A program made the position numbers and the translations under genes. Under the pieces are notes generated by a model. That model saw only the letters and a list, made by a program, of their open reading frames with translations. It was not told where the DNA came from and made no database searches. DNA of 64,000 nt from Eledone cirrhosa (lineage: Eukaryota), in contig OZ024741.1 in the NCBI GenBank assembly GCA_964016885.1, positions 181,288,001 through 181,352,000 on the forward strand, given 5' to 3'. Shown piece by piece: positions 1 through 12,163 of the stretch. Each line of letters starts with the position of its first letter. Within the stretch, counting starts at the first letter, position 1.

Positions 1-411
1 TCACCTAATGCGGGCCCTAAGGGATCAAGAAAATGAATTTTTTTATGTGCATAATATGCCTTGAAATTTCGGGAAAATGGGCTAGACGTAGCGCCTAAAA
101 AAAGCCCTAAAAAGCTGAAAAACTGAAGTTTTTCATCTAATGCGGGCCCTCGGCCATAATAAAGTTAGATTTTCTTTGCTCACGGTATGAAGAAGAGACT
201 GACTAATAGATAGTTACAATTTCAAGGAAATCGGTCTGACGTAACGCCTCAAAAACCCCCTAAAAAGCTGATCAAACGCAGTTTTTCACCCAATGCGGGC
301 TCTAGGGATCAAAAAGTTGAATTTTTTTATGTCATAACACTCCCTGAAACATAAGTAATAATATGTAAAGTTTGAAAAAAATCGGTTGGGTACTTCTCGA
401 GTTTTAGGGAG

Positions 412-503
<92 letters not shown>

Positions 504-524
504 CCTCAGATTTATATATATAGA
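1..524 (-). mobile_element. Probable non-autonomous Helitron-type element; 5' end in window, 3' end beyond window start
   Basis: Minus strand begins A|TCTATATATATAAATCTGAGG followed by (TG)n (412-502). Internal ~140-bp subrepeats (CCTAATGCGGGCCCT-like at ~4, ~136, ~290). This layout is typical of microsatellite-bearing non-autonomous Helitrons. The CTRR 3' end is not visible. Confidence 0.5.
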
Positions 525-529
525 TAGTT

Positions 530-632
530 TATTGTTATTTATTAATGTTAAAGTTATATGATTTTTATGTAAACCCCCCACCGTCACGTCTTGTAATGTC
601 CCACTTTTGTACGCCCCTGTGGCAAATAAAGA
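530..632 (+). mobile_element. Tx1-type LINE 3' UTR remnant
   Basis: TGTAAACCCCC...CTTGTAATGTCCCACTTTTGTACGCCCCTGTGGCAAATAAAG matches the 3' ends at ~6465-6532, ~42406-42466 and ~47052-47115(-). Runs into (TATC)n. Confidence 0.75.
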
Positions 633-670
633 TATCTATCTATCTATCTATATATCTATCTATTTATCTG

Positions 671-765
<95 letters not shown>
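632..765. repeat. (TATC)n microsatellite between two Tx1 ends
   Basis: Direct reading. Confidence 0.97.
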
Positions 766-947
766 CTCTTTCTGCCTGACGCGTGGAACATCGCCGGTAA
801 GATTTTTTGTAAATTTATATACGAAAAACAGAACAAATTGTTTGAAAAAAACATATTATTTTGTAGATTAACCCCCAAGCTGAATTGTCAGCCATTAACC
901 CCCAAGCTGAATTGTTTTAAAATATCAAATTTTGCAAACTACAAAAC

Positions 948-2828
948 ATGAATAACACGAAGGGGACGCTGGAGAACGTCAATAGAGAAAAGAGAGAGAA
1001 AGAGGCAGATTTTAACGTTATATCTGCTTCAGCTACTATGGACGTCGCCATAGATACGACTGTCAACAAAGAGGAAAAAATGTTACCACTCGAAAATTGT
1101 ACAATTTCTTCCGTCGAAGCGGAGAAAAAGTAACACTAACTCACAGGAAAACACAGAAATTAAACCTATTAACATACATACACATGAAAAAGACATCAAC
1201 AACTCCACAGATACATCTACACATAAAGTCTCATCTCGTCAAGGAACTGAGATTTCCAACACCGAGGCTAACAACGATAACAGCAACACCACACAAAAAA
1301 ATAGTTGAAACAGTGAACAAAAAACAAGATTTTATAAATCTTGACATCTCCAATGCAAGAGATATGCTCCAGCAAGTGAGAACATTTTTAACTTTCGAAG
1401 AGAAAGGTGGTTTTAGAATTAACTCACCCCTTGAAATAAAGGAAGACACAGTTCGAAGATCAGTCACCTTTAGGACTGTGTCCAATTCCACGAGAAAGCC
1501 GATATTTGTTAGTCAAGCAGATATAGAAGCTACTTTCAAGGAAATTCTAGCAAATATCGATTTTCTCCAACGAGGAAAACAGTACGGAAGTGTTTCCGTA
1601 CTGTTTAAAAGCGAGGCACTCGCCCCAAAACATTCTGTGACACAATGGTGTCAAAAGCATTCACCTTTTTCCCTACATACATGGGAAAAAGGACACAACA
1701 AATAAAAATAAAAAATATACCCCCAAACATTAACATCTGGTGGATCTTGGCTGGCTTCGTAGAGCCAGAAACCGATATGATTCTTTCGATACGAAAATCT
1801 ATTCGACAAAGGTGGGCTGGTACTGATTTGGAGATTCTGTTGCAAATGAGGCCGGAGAGAATCTCCAAAATATCCGAAAGAGTCGTCATCGATGATAACA
1901 ACAAAATAAACATTTCGGTAGAAGGATGAACATTTCATTGCTTTCGCTGTGGTAGCACAGCACACCTAAAAGCCTCTTGTCCTTCACAAACACACAACAA
2001 CAACATCATTAAAAAAACACTATTACCAGCACCAACACCAAAACAACCACCACCACCACAAGTACAACGACAGACGAAACGAGCAACCGCACCAAAACAA
2101 ACAGACACTCAACCAACAACAACAGAATAAACAGAGACAACACCCCTGAAGAACACAGCCCCACCCCATCCCACTCCACCAAACACTACCACAAATACAC
2201 ACACCGAAACACCACCACCACACAACATACCCCTACCCCACACACCTGACGATGATTATTCATCGACGGATGAAGCTGCTTCTCCTTCTTTAAGTGAAGA
2301 AGAGGGAGAGCCGCGGAAATCTAAAAAACAAAAACAGAGACACCACAAGACCCCCAAAACTCCAATCACCAACACCAACACACAACCACAAACACAAACA
2401 ACAACACAAACAACACCACAGTCAAACATCCCCCTATCAGCAAAACCAACACCAACACCACCCCAAACACAAGCACCCACCATAAAAAGAAAACTCCCGG
2501 ACGAACAACAAACTAAAACAACACAACAAAAACACAAACAACAATACGCATACATCAACACAAACAACAAGAATTTGATGGAGGTCATCTCCAAAAACCC
2601 CAAGGAGGAGACGGAGGGCAAAACTTTCGTCAAGGCAGAATCGTCTCCACACCTTAAACTTATAAGGGTTTCTATGGAAACCTATAATGACCTAAAAAAT
2701 AAATTTTCACAGGACGTGGGCAACCCATCAACCGCGTCCTGTTAAAATGTTTCCCCACCCCAGCCAACACCCCATCCAACACCCAAATGGAGATTGAACA
2801 ACCCGATCTCCAGGAAACGAAAAGGTAA
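948..2828 (+). pseudogene. Tx1 ORF1 (gag-like), frameshifted
   Basis: Segments align with ORF1 of copy B (LDISNA, FRTVSNxTRKP, FFPTYxGKRTQ, NRVLLKCFPT). CCHC knuckle CFRCGSTAHLKASC at ~1939-1980. Stop TAA at 2826-2828. Confidence 0.8.
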
Positions 2829-2869
2829 ATGCACCTTTCGTCCTTTTTCTCCAACTCTTCTTCACCAAC

Positions 2870-5800
2870 ATGGCTGGTTTACGAGTTGGAAGCGTAAATG
2901 TGCGTGGCCTAGGGATGCCCTGGAAACAGGGCCAACTTTTAAACGACCTTAGGTTACACGGATGTGATAGCCATCACGGTATGGATGTGATAGCCATCAC
3001 CGGGTCCAGGATCCACAACAGGCAGCAACTAACCCCCATCTTCGACGACTTTGAGATCTACGCATCTCTCTGTCAACCAGGAGGTGGGGGTGGAGTGGCT
3101 GTCATGTTTCGGAAGAACCTGGACGTCGAAGTACAGCAAGTACACTTGGACCAGGAGGGTAGACTGGTAGTCCTAGACGTGAACAGTATCGGAGGTGGAG
3201 CCTTCAGACTGGTGGCCGTTTATGCCCCGACCGGGCAATCGCAATCACGGCCAGACTTCTTTAAGCGTCTAGAGTCTTTTCTGGGAACGTCACGCTCCTT
3301 ACTTTTAGAGGGGGACTGGAATGGTATCCTAGATGCACAATGGGACTATGTGGGAGGATGTCCCAGTAGAGCGGGGTGCAACAGCCTAAAAAATTTAATC
3401 GGCCAATTCCACCTGGCCGATAGGACGTGGGCAAACCGCAGCGGAACATCTACATCGTATTTAGATAGGTTATTCATTAGAGAAAGGGACAAGGAGATGT
3501 TAAGCTGTCCACGAATGCACATGGTTGCCTATTCAGATCACAAATTAGTCGTCTGCTTAGTCAACCGTGATAGAACACATAAACAAGGACCCGGATACTG
3601 GAAGCTGAACGTGTCGTTGCCGGCACGTAAAGCTTACAGTGAACGGATAAGTAGACTAGTCAAACAACAGTTAACAGGAGGTATCGACAACAATAGATGG
3701 TGGTACTCTCTCAAGAAAGAAATTAGAATAGAATCGATAGAGTTTAGCAGAGAGTTAGCCTTAGAGAAAAACAAACTAGAAAGAGAACTAATAGCAAAGG
3801 TAGAGGAGGCACTTAGAAGTGGCAACGCGGCTACAGTGTTAGCGTCGAGAAAGACACTGGACCAGTTCTTCGATGCGAAACACGAAGGCTGCGTGGTCAG
3901 AAGCAAAACACGTGCTCTAGAAAACGAAGGAGCGAAAGTTGTCAGCTGGGCCCGATTGGCGGAGGCAAAAAGTGGCAACAAGTCCACGATTCGGTCTTTG
4001 AAAGATCAAAATGGACTCTTGCTACTTGACCCCAAACAAATGTGCGCGGCCTTTCAGCAGCACTTTGCGCGACTGTTTGAGCAGAACGATGGTGAGCCGA
4101 ACGGGGCAATGGACTTTAGTTAATACCTCGACGGCCTGTCGCGTCTCTCAAACACGGACGCCGAGTTCTGCGAAAGACCGATCACGGACACTGAGATACG
4201 GGACGCTCTGGGCCGCTGCGGGAAATGCAAGTCACCCGGTCTAGATGGTCTACCCTACGAATTTTACATAGGCATGCCGGACTTGTTCTCTGGCGTCCTC
4301 GAAGCCGTCTACTGCAATTGGCAGCAGAACGGGAGAATTCCCAGTTCTGCAGGCAAGGGCGTAGTAACGCTGATCAGGAAAGACGAGAACAAGGGGGACG
4401 AAATTAACAACTTCAGGCCCATAACTCTGCTCAACACAGAGTTAAAGATTTTGGCCAAGGTGCTAGTGATGAGGTTGGCGCTTGTCGTCGAAAACCTGGT
4501 AGGGGAAGCGCAAACGTGTGCAGTCCCTACCAGGTCCATACACGACAACCTCCACCTCATGCTATACATCATAGAGAGGGTGGGTAGTAAACCCGGCTGC
4601 GGTGGGGCTCTGATCAATTTGGATCAGTCTAAGGCATTTGATAGGGTCGACCATGGATACTTGGAAGCGGTTCTCAAGGCGGCCGGTTTCGGTCCCGTGT
4701 TCAGAGGCTGGATCGAGGCGATGCACACCAGCATCTGCTCGAGGGTCAAGGTGAACGGCTACCTATCGGAGCCGTTCGCAATCACGCGTTCCATTCGACA
4801 AGGGTGCTCTCTCTCCATTCTGTATGTATTGACTCTAGAGCCACTACTGCGGAAATTGGAGGTGTTGCAGGGCATCCCTCTAGAAGCGGGCCTGCGTAAA
4901 GCCGCGTCGGCTTATGCCGACGACGTGACGGTAATGGTGTCGAGCACCTCGGAAATCGTGGTGATCGGTAACTTACTGAAAGAATACGAAACGCTGACGG
5001 GAGCAAAACTAAACCCGGACAAGTCTGTCGGTTTGCAACTCGGTACGGGGAGAGGCAAACCGATGACGTCCGACAGCGTCGTTGGACGCTGGACGGACGG
5101 GCCGGTGAAATTGCTCGGGGTCTGGTTGGGTCCAGACCTCCAGGTGGAGAAAAACTGGAACGAGGTCACGGCCAAGGTGTTTGCACTCACCCAGAAGTGG
5201 GCAGAGTTCAAACTGTCCTTGAAAGTTCCAGCAGAGGTGGCGAACATTTTCATAGCGTCCGTCATCTACTACCGCTTGACTGTCGTGCCTTGTCCCCGTG
5301 AACACCTCGCCAAGATGGAACGCATGCTCTTCCAGTTTCTGTGGAAGAAGCAGGCTCTGCTGGTGAGAAGATCCGTCTGCTGTCAGCACCCTTCCAACGG
5401 AGGGCTGGGAATGTCATGGCTGATGATGCGCAAACATGCGCTGAGGCTGCGGCATATCCAGGTATTCCCCACCGACCCCCAACCGGTGTGGGCACTGTTT
5501 GTGAGACAGGCTTTCCCACAGCTCGTCTCGCTGACGGAGCTGCAGTTCAAGGTCAAGAAAAGACCGAAAACGATGGGCGCCTGGCACATTGAATGCGCTC
5601 AGGCACTCACAGTCCTCTGGCAAGCTGGCGCAGCAATCAGTGGAGACTCCACTTCGACATTCTATTGAGTTATTGTACGTTACAAGGGCGACGACGTGCT
5701 CGGGGAGACTCTGGGTGTCGAAGACGATGAGCTCACCAGTCTGTTTGGTAGGACTTTCCGCCCGGGACTTATGGACAACTTCCAGAGGTCCCTGGCCTGG

Positions 5801-6298
5801 CAGTGCTACCGAGGAGCTCTACCGGTTCGTGACAAGATCTACAGGAACGGACGCCCCGGCAGGGATCCTTCCAAGAGGACGTGTCCAAAATGCGCGCAGG
5901 ACATTGAAACAGTCCTGCACGCAATTGTACACTGCCCGGGCATAACCGACCTGTGGAACAATGCAGAACAACTGCTGTCGTGTATGGGACAAATCCAGTT
6001 GACTGCCGAGTCCATAGTAAGGATCAAACCGCCAGCCTCTTTCAAAAACGAAAGAGAGGCGGTTTTCCTCTGTACAGTGGCTATGGTGAAAGAAGTTATA
6101 TGGTGGACGAGATTGAGAGGACCGAGGACAGATGCCTTTCTCTCCGGACAACAATTGATTCCCTTCTTTAAGTATCACTTTAGAAGGAGAATCAGAGTGG
6201 AGAGAGAGGCACTGCACCCCAGTAAATTTACTGAAAGGTGGGTGAATGTGGCGAAAATGGCCCGAGTGATTGGGCCTTCTCTGTTTATAAGGCTGTAG
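2870..6298 (+). pseudogene. Tx1 ORF2: APE endonuclease + reverse transcriptase + C-terminal zinc finger; single frame with two in-frame stops (4121, 5666)
   Basis: APE motifs NVRGL, GDWN, SYLDR, SDH. RT motifs FRPITLLN, DQSKAFDRVDH, RQGCS, AYADD. Zinc finger CPKC..ETVLHAIVHC. ORF-track pieces 2870, 4274 and 5696 are in the same frame. Confidence 0.95.
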
Positions 6299-6532
6299 GT
6301 TGAAGAAGAGAGCAAAAGGAAGAAAGGAGCACTTGCACAACACGCTCCTGCAGTTGAGGGTTGTTCTATCGACGGGGTATTAAACAACCAATTTGTGGCG
6401 CTTCCCCCCTATTGGGGATTTCGATTGTTGTAATTGTTTGTTTTTATATTTTTTACACGACTGTATGTAAAATCCCCGGCGTATCTTTGTATTGTCCCCT
6501 TTTCTTGTGCGCCCTTGTGGCAAATAAAGAAA

Positions 6533-6558
6533 TATATCTATCTATATATCTATGTATG

Positions 6559-6610
<52 letters not shown>

Positions 6611-6662
6611 CATCCATACATCCATCTCTCTCTCTCTGTATATATATATATATATATGTATA

Positions 6663-6750
<88 letters not shown>
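6533..6750. repeat. (TATC)n then (TA)n microsatellite
   Basis: Direct reading. Confidence 0.95.
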
Positions 6751-6752
<2 letters not shown>

Positions 6753-7359
6753 CATTTATTTTGTTTTGACCTGTTTAGCCTGATTTGGTTTTGGGCTTGG
6801 GTGGTTAATGCCTTCTTGACCACCTTTTCAGTTTTGTATGGCTTCTTCACACATTGTTTAGCTCTGGTTTTTAACTATTGAGCACTTTGCCAGTATCATT
6901 TCTGATTTTTGCGTTTCGCTTTGCTTCTCCTGCCTGCCGAAATGCGATTCTCGCTGAATCTTTATTTGTATATATATATATATTTATTTATTTATCTAGT
7001 TATCTATTAATCTATCTAACTATCTATCTACTTATCTATCTATTAATTTATCTATTAATCTATCAGTAGTAGGAAGGGGAAGAAGGGAAAATGGAAGAGG
7101 GGATGGCGGGAAAGGGAAAGAAGAGGAGGAAGAGGAATATGGGAAGTGGGAAGAAGAGTATTTATTGGAAACTACGTGGAAAATATAATCTGAACGGAGC
7201 TGATAGGCTCCAAAATTTATTTAAGTCAACATTGTTAGTGAGTGTGTGTCTGGGAAACATAGATATACACCAGGTCCGAACACAAAGGAGCCAAAGTACC
7301 ACAGTCACTGTCTCCGTCACTGCCTCCGTCACTCCTGCTCTCACCATCTCTCACCATTA

Positions 7360-7505
7360 TGAGCATAGAGTTACGGCTCTTGCCATTCTGAGTTCAAATC
7401 CCGCCGAGGTTAACTTTGCCTTTCATCCTTACGGGGTCGATAAAATAAAGTACCTGTAATGCACTGGGTAATTGCTGGCCTTGTGCCTAACGTAGAAACA
7501 ATTAT
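7360..7505 (+). mobile_element. tRNA-derived SINE (abundant family), 5'-truncated
   Basis: B-box-like GAGTTCAAATCCC, body GCCGAGGTTAACTTTGCCTTTCATCC, tail GGCCTTGTGCCTAACGTAGAAAC. More than 12 copies in the window. Confidence 0.85.
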
Positions 7506-7506
7506 G

Positions 7507-7715
7507 AGCAAATGGGGGCCCACGCGCTGGCCACTCCACGGAAAGAACATCGAAGGCGTTTCCACAGAGGACGGGGAGGAGGACGCACCGGAAGAACCAT
7601 TCCAGCTCGCAAGGCTCACACCTGCTGGTAACCAACTATTAGTCGATGTTGGTGAGTAGGGAGGTAGCTCTAGGGCCAAGGAAAGCAGAAATCTCTACTG
7701 CTACGGGCATCGACC
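7507..7715 (-). mobile_element. CRE-type RLE retrotransposon C-terminal fragment
   Basis: EPCELEWFFRCVLLPVLCGNAFDVLS is homologous to EPRELEWLFQRVPLAVLRGNTFSILS at ~34950-35035. Confidence 0.7.
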
Positions 7716-8531
7716 GCAAACATGTCGAAGAGCGACTGATATTTGGCTGTACAAGCAAGAACATTTCTGCTGACGTTGACCACCATTAGCAGTTTCCATT
7801 GATTTTGGCTTTTCTATTATCTTAGATTAATTATGGCGACGATAGAAATATCGATGATGGTGATAACAATGACGATGACAATTATGGAGATGAATGTAGA
7901 GACGAGAGAGACGATGGTGATGATAATTATGGTGATGGAAGGTGCTTTTGAAAGGTACTCTTGAGGTAAAAGTTCATTAGGTGGAATTATATTTTGAACG
8001 GATGTAGTTGATGTGTAATTCAGCTGTCGTGATGAGTTGTTTTAACAAAGCTGATACCTGTCAACTGACTTCCTTCCAATCAAATCTTTCCAAACTATAA
8101 AACAACTAAAAAGCATTTCATAGATATTAGCCAATCAGAAATCACCACAATAATAACAATCTTCCTGCTCCTCCTTCTCCTCCTCCTTAACACCATCAGT
8201 ACCATTATCATCACCATCATCATCACGATCATCATGATCATCATCATTATCACCTTTGGTAGCAGTAGAAACCTGATCATGATTATTATTACTATCCCCC
8301 TCTTCCTCCTCCCCTCCTCCTCCCCTCCTCCTCCCACCTCCTCCTTCTCTTGTTTATCAACCCCCCACCAATGGTGACAACAACAATGACAACTAACATG
8401 TAGTAAAGTAAACATGCACGAACGGATCACGTGTTGGTTTTCGACCAATAGATAACAATCCAGTTATTCAATCATTAGAACTATGTACTTATTGAATGAT
8501 AGTATAAGTGGCTGAGTAATCGTTCATTTAT

Positions 8532-8920
8532 GGGCGCAGGCATAGCTAAATAGCTAAGAAATTCGCTTCGCAGTTATGAAATCCCGGGTTCGATTCGATT
8601 TCATGATTTTAGGCAAGTGATATTTATCATAATCTCAGGGCGATCCACGTATTGTGAGTGAAATTGGGTAGACGGAAACTGTACGAAAGCCCGTCTGTTG
8701 CATTCAACCTGTAATTTAAAGTCAAGGCTTGTCACATTTGTTACATATTCTCTGCTTGATAGGCGGCGAATCGACAGAGTCATTAAGACCTCGGATAGAA
8801 TGCTTTGCGGTATTTGTCCCACCTCATTTTGCGCTCTGAGATCAAATCCCGCTGTAGTCAACTTTGCCTTCCATTCTTTCTAGGTCGATAAAAAAGTACC
8901 AGTCTAGTACTGGGGTTGAT
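8532..8920 (+). mobile_element. Two adjacent SINEs (tRNA-head family ~8532-8700; abundant family ~8761-8920)
   Basis: A/B-box-like head GGCGCAGGCATAGCT...CCCGGGTTCGATTC and GGTAGACGGAAACTG; second unit GGCGGCGAATCGACAG...AACTTTGCCTTCCATTC. Confidence 0.7.
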
Positions 8921-9465
8921 TCTTTCTCTATAGAAAAAGTCGCCTGCGTTCAGACCTGGAGAGGGTTGGGCTCCGCTAGGTTTAAAAGTGCCCTAGACAC
9001 GCCGTATGTTTGTGTCGTTGGACAGACATTTGGTTCTAAGGCAAGACAGAATTAACATAACAAAAATGTACCTTAATAATGGTAGAGACCTCACGTGTTC
9101 TTAGTCCTCGTTCCACCTTCCTACTCACTGCAATCATGACAGAGTTGGCTACCTGCAGGAATGTTTATCTCAACGTCTTTCTCGCCATTATCCGGAGTAA
9201 AGCTTTCTGAATTCTGTCTACTGAGGCGTCTGGCGTTCTGCATGCCAGAGAGCATTCTCCCACGTTTTCCGGGCTTGTATCACTGGGGTAACAATGGTAT
9301 AGGTTGCTGATAGCTATGGTTACACACACAATTAACTAAACAATATTAAGCTTTACTTAAGGTCTCAGAGACTACTTTTTATATGTTTTATTTTATTCTA
9401 TTTTTGTTCTTTCTTCTTTGTTTTGAGAAGTAAATTCAAGACTTCAAAGAAAGATATACAGCTGC

Positions 9466-9810
9466 ATTGAACTTGTAAAGCTCAAGAATATGGATTTTAC
9501 TAAGTTATTATTAAACACAAACTTACAAAGCACAAGAACATGGGTTTTATTGAATTATTAACAAATTTGAAATTGTGAAGGCCAACAACATGAAATTTTA
9601 TCGATTTACTATTGAATTTTTTGAATTGTTATCAAACTTGAATTTGTAAAGCCCAAGAACATGGATTGTAGTGAACTGTTATAGAATTTTAATGAATTGT
9701 TATCGGATTTTATTGAATTGCTATCGAAATTTATTGAATTATTATCGAACTTGAACTAGTAAAGCCCGAGAAAATGGATCTTTTTTTTTATTGAATTGTT
9801 ATCGAATCAG
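9466..9810. repeat. Degenerate minisatellite (~50-bp unit TTGAACTTGTAAAGCCCAAGAACATGGATT... with ~22-bp subunit TTTTATTGAATTGTTATCGAA)
   Basis: Five recognisable long units and several short units. Confidence 0.7.
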
Positions 9811-10268
9811 CCATTTTGTTTTCCAAGTTAAACGCTAATTTAATTTTCATTGTTATACGTAATGAACAATGATGTTTATTGATTCTTAATCAGAAAACGT
9901 GATTACAGGAAAAGAAAAAAGAAAAAGAAGACGTTAAAATAAGAACTAATCAAATTAAAGAACATTTTATGGCTAAATGAACTGGCTGGAACATTCGTGG
10001 TAAAATTAAAAGTGCAAGAAAAGTAAAACGCCAAGAAAAAAATAACGGAAGGAAACGTTTAAAGTACACTCATGCTAACATATGATTTAGATGTCTGTCT
10101 GAATATTCAATCATGTTTCTATTTATAAACCACGTCTTCAATATATAACGTCGGTAAATAAGAGTCTAGCCAATCCAAATTAATTAAGATGTGTGTGTGT
10201 GTGTGTAGAATTCAAACCCAGGCCAACGTATGTGCACATGTATGTATGTATGTATGTATGTATGTATG

Positions 10269-10301
10269 TTCTGCTTTTATTAGTTATTTAATTTTTTATC
10301 A

Positions 10302-10372
<71 letters not shown>

Positions 10373-10505
10373 CAGAGAAAGAGCGAGAAGGGAAGAGAGA
10401 TAGAGAGAGATAAAAAGAAAGAGAGCTGGTTTCTAACATAGAAACAAGATTCTTTCATTTGAATTTAAACATCATCAACCAGGTAATGATGTACGTATGC
10501 CTGTA

Positions 10506-10570
<65 letters not shown>

Positions 10571-10925
10571 GTGTGTGAGTGTGTGTGTCTGCGTGTTTGT
10601 ATGCGTAGGTATGATGATACTGCATGTGTGGATCTGTATATCTTGAGTTATATGTACACATGCACATATATTTCTATATCTATACGTCCGTATATGCAGT
10701 TATTACATGCTAATTTTTTGAAATATTTTACATATCTTTACATTTGCATTAAAGGACTGTGTTTGCAATTTCCTGATTAGTTGTGTTATTTCTAGTTTTC
10801 AAGAGTTTTACTGAGGCTGTTAGTAACATATCCAATTGCCCCAATGATCACAGCAAAATCTAAAACTTTAATCAGGGTGAAATACCCTCAGGTTCCTCAT
10901 TAGTTTGGCAATAATTACTCTTATT
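10269..10925 (-). mobile_element. Diverged 3' fragment of R4-like RLE element, interrupted by (GA)n and (GT)n
   Basis: Homologous to 12164-12650. Minus-strand 3' end AGAA|CATACATA. Confidence 0.7.
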
Positions 10926-10960
10926 TTCGCTAATCTTTAGCACTATGTGTGTATAAATGT

Positions 10961-11120
10961 GAGGCGGCGAATTGGCAGAGTCGTTAGAACGTCGGATAGA
11001 ATGCTTTGTAGTATTCATTTCAGCTCACTGCTTTCTGAGTTCAAATCCTGCCGAAGTCAACTGTGCTTTTCTTTCGTTCATGGTCGATTAAAAAAGTATC
11101 TGTCAAGTTCTGGGGTCGAT
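10961..11120 (+). mobile_element. SINE (abundant family)
   Basis: GGCGGCGAATTGGCAGAGTCGTTAG...GAGTTCAAATCCTGCCG. Confidence 0.8.
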
Positions 11121-11498
11121 TCTTCCTCTATATATCTTTCTCACTTACTTTCTCTCCCTCCCTATCCTTCTCTAGAAGAAATCTACTGTATTCAGGCCTG
11201 GAGAGAGATGGGGCTTAAAATGCCCAAGAAACGGCGCATGTCAATACGGCGCCCCTACGACTCTATCAGGACCATACAAATCGAAGCTCTGGTATTGATC
11301 TGATGATTTATCAACCCTTTCTACTGTAAAACCAATAACGCCAACTCTAGAAACAGAACAAAATGAAAACTCATCCTTGCTGAATTGCGTTTCCATTACT
11401 CGAAGTGAGTGAAATACGCGAAACTGCCGGAGCTGGGGTGCCATGGAAATCGGTTGCTGAGATCACATCTCATTTCTTCACACCAGAATGAGAGGAGC

Positions 11499-11727
<229 letters not shown>

Positions 11728-12133
11728 CAGACATCCACCCTAACCATACCTTCAGATTTTTTATCTGTAATAATTGGGACAGTGGGATATAGTATTATCT
11801 CCCTCAGTACAAATCTTGAGAAAATGGGCTCCCCAAGTTCAGAAAAGGCACGATTAGTTAGGAAGTTGCAAGAACAGTCTATTAATGTAACTGTAAAAAT
11901 ATGTAAAACATTTCAGAAATTCAGAATGCCATACACACAGAAACATATGCACGTTACATATTATAACTCATGACATACAGATCCATACATTAAATAACAT
12001 CTATACCTGCACAACAGACATATATATGTATTTACCTATTTCATGTCTAAATTCCAATGAAAGAGTTTTAATTCATTTTTAGAAACCGGACACTGTATTG
12101 GTTAAAATTTATAAGATAGAAGAACCTGAAGAA
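11728..12133 (+). mobile_element. Diverged 3' fragment of R4-like RLE element
   Basis: TNLEKMG..RLVRKLQEQSINVTVKICKTFQK matches 12390-12520(-). Ends GAAGAA|CATACATA. Confidence 0.8.
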
Positions 12134-12163
12134 CATACATACTTTGGCATGCATGTATGTATG

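Larger units (their letters stand above)
766..6532 (+). mobile_element. Near full-length Tx1/L1-clade non-LTR retrotransposon (copy A)
   Basis: 5' UTR with a 27-bp tandem duplication (868-915), ORF1, ORF2 (APE-RT-CCHC), and a 3' GCC-N5-GGC hairpin plus AATAAA. (TATC)n on both sides. Confidence 0.93.

Noticed and set aside
4121-5668. Programmed readthrough or selenocysteine at the in-frame stops of Tx1 ORF2
   Set aside because: Homologous positions in other copies are sense codons (e.g. FYRG at ~41570 and ~47920), so these are ordinary nonsense mutations.
9466-9810. CRISPR-like repeat/spacer pattern
   Set aside because: Degenerate repeats without unique constant-length spacers; eukaryotic context, no cas genes.
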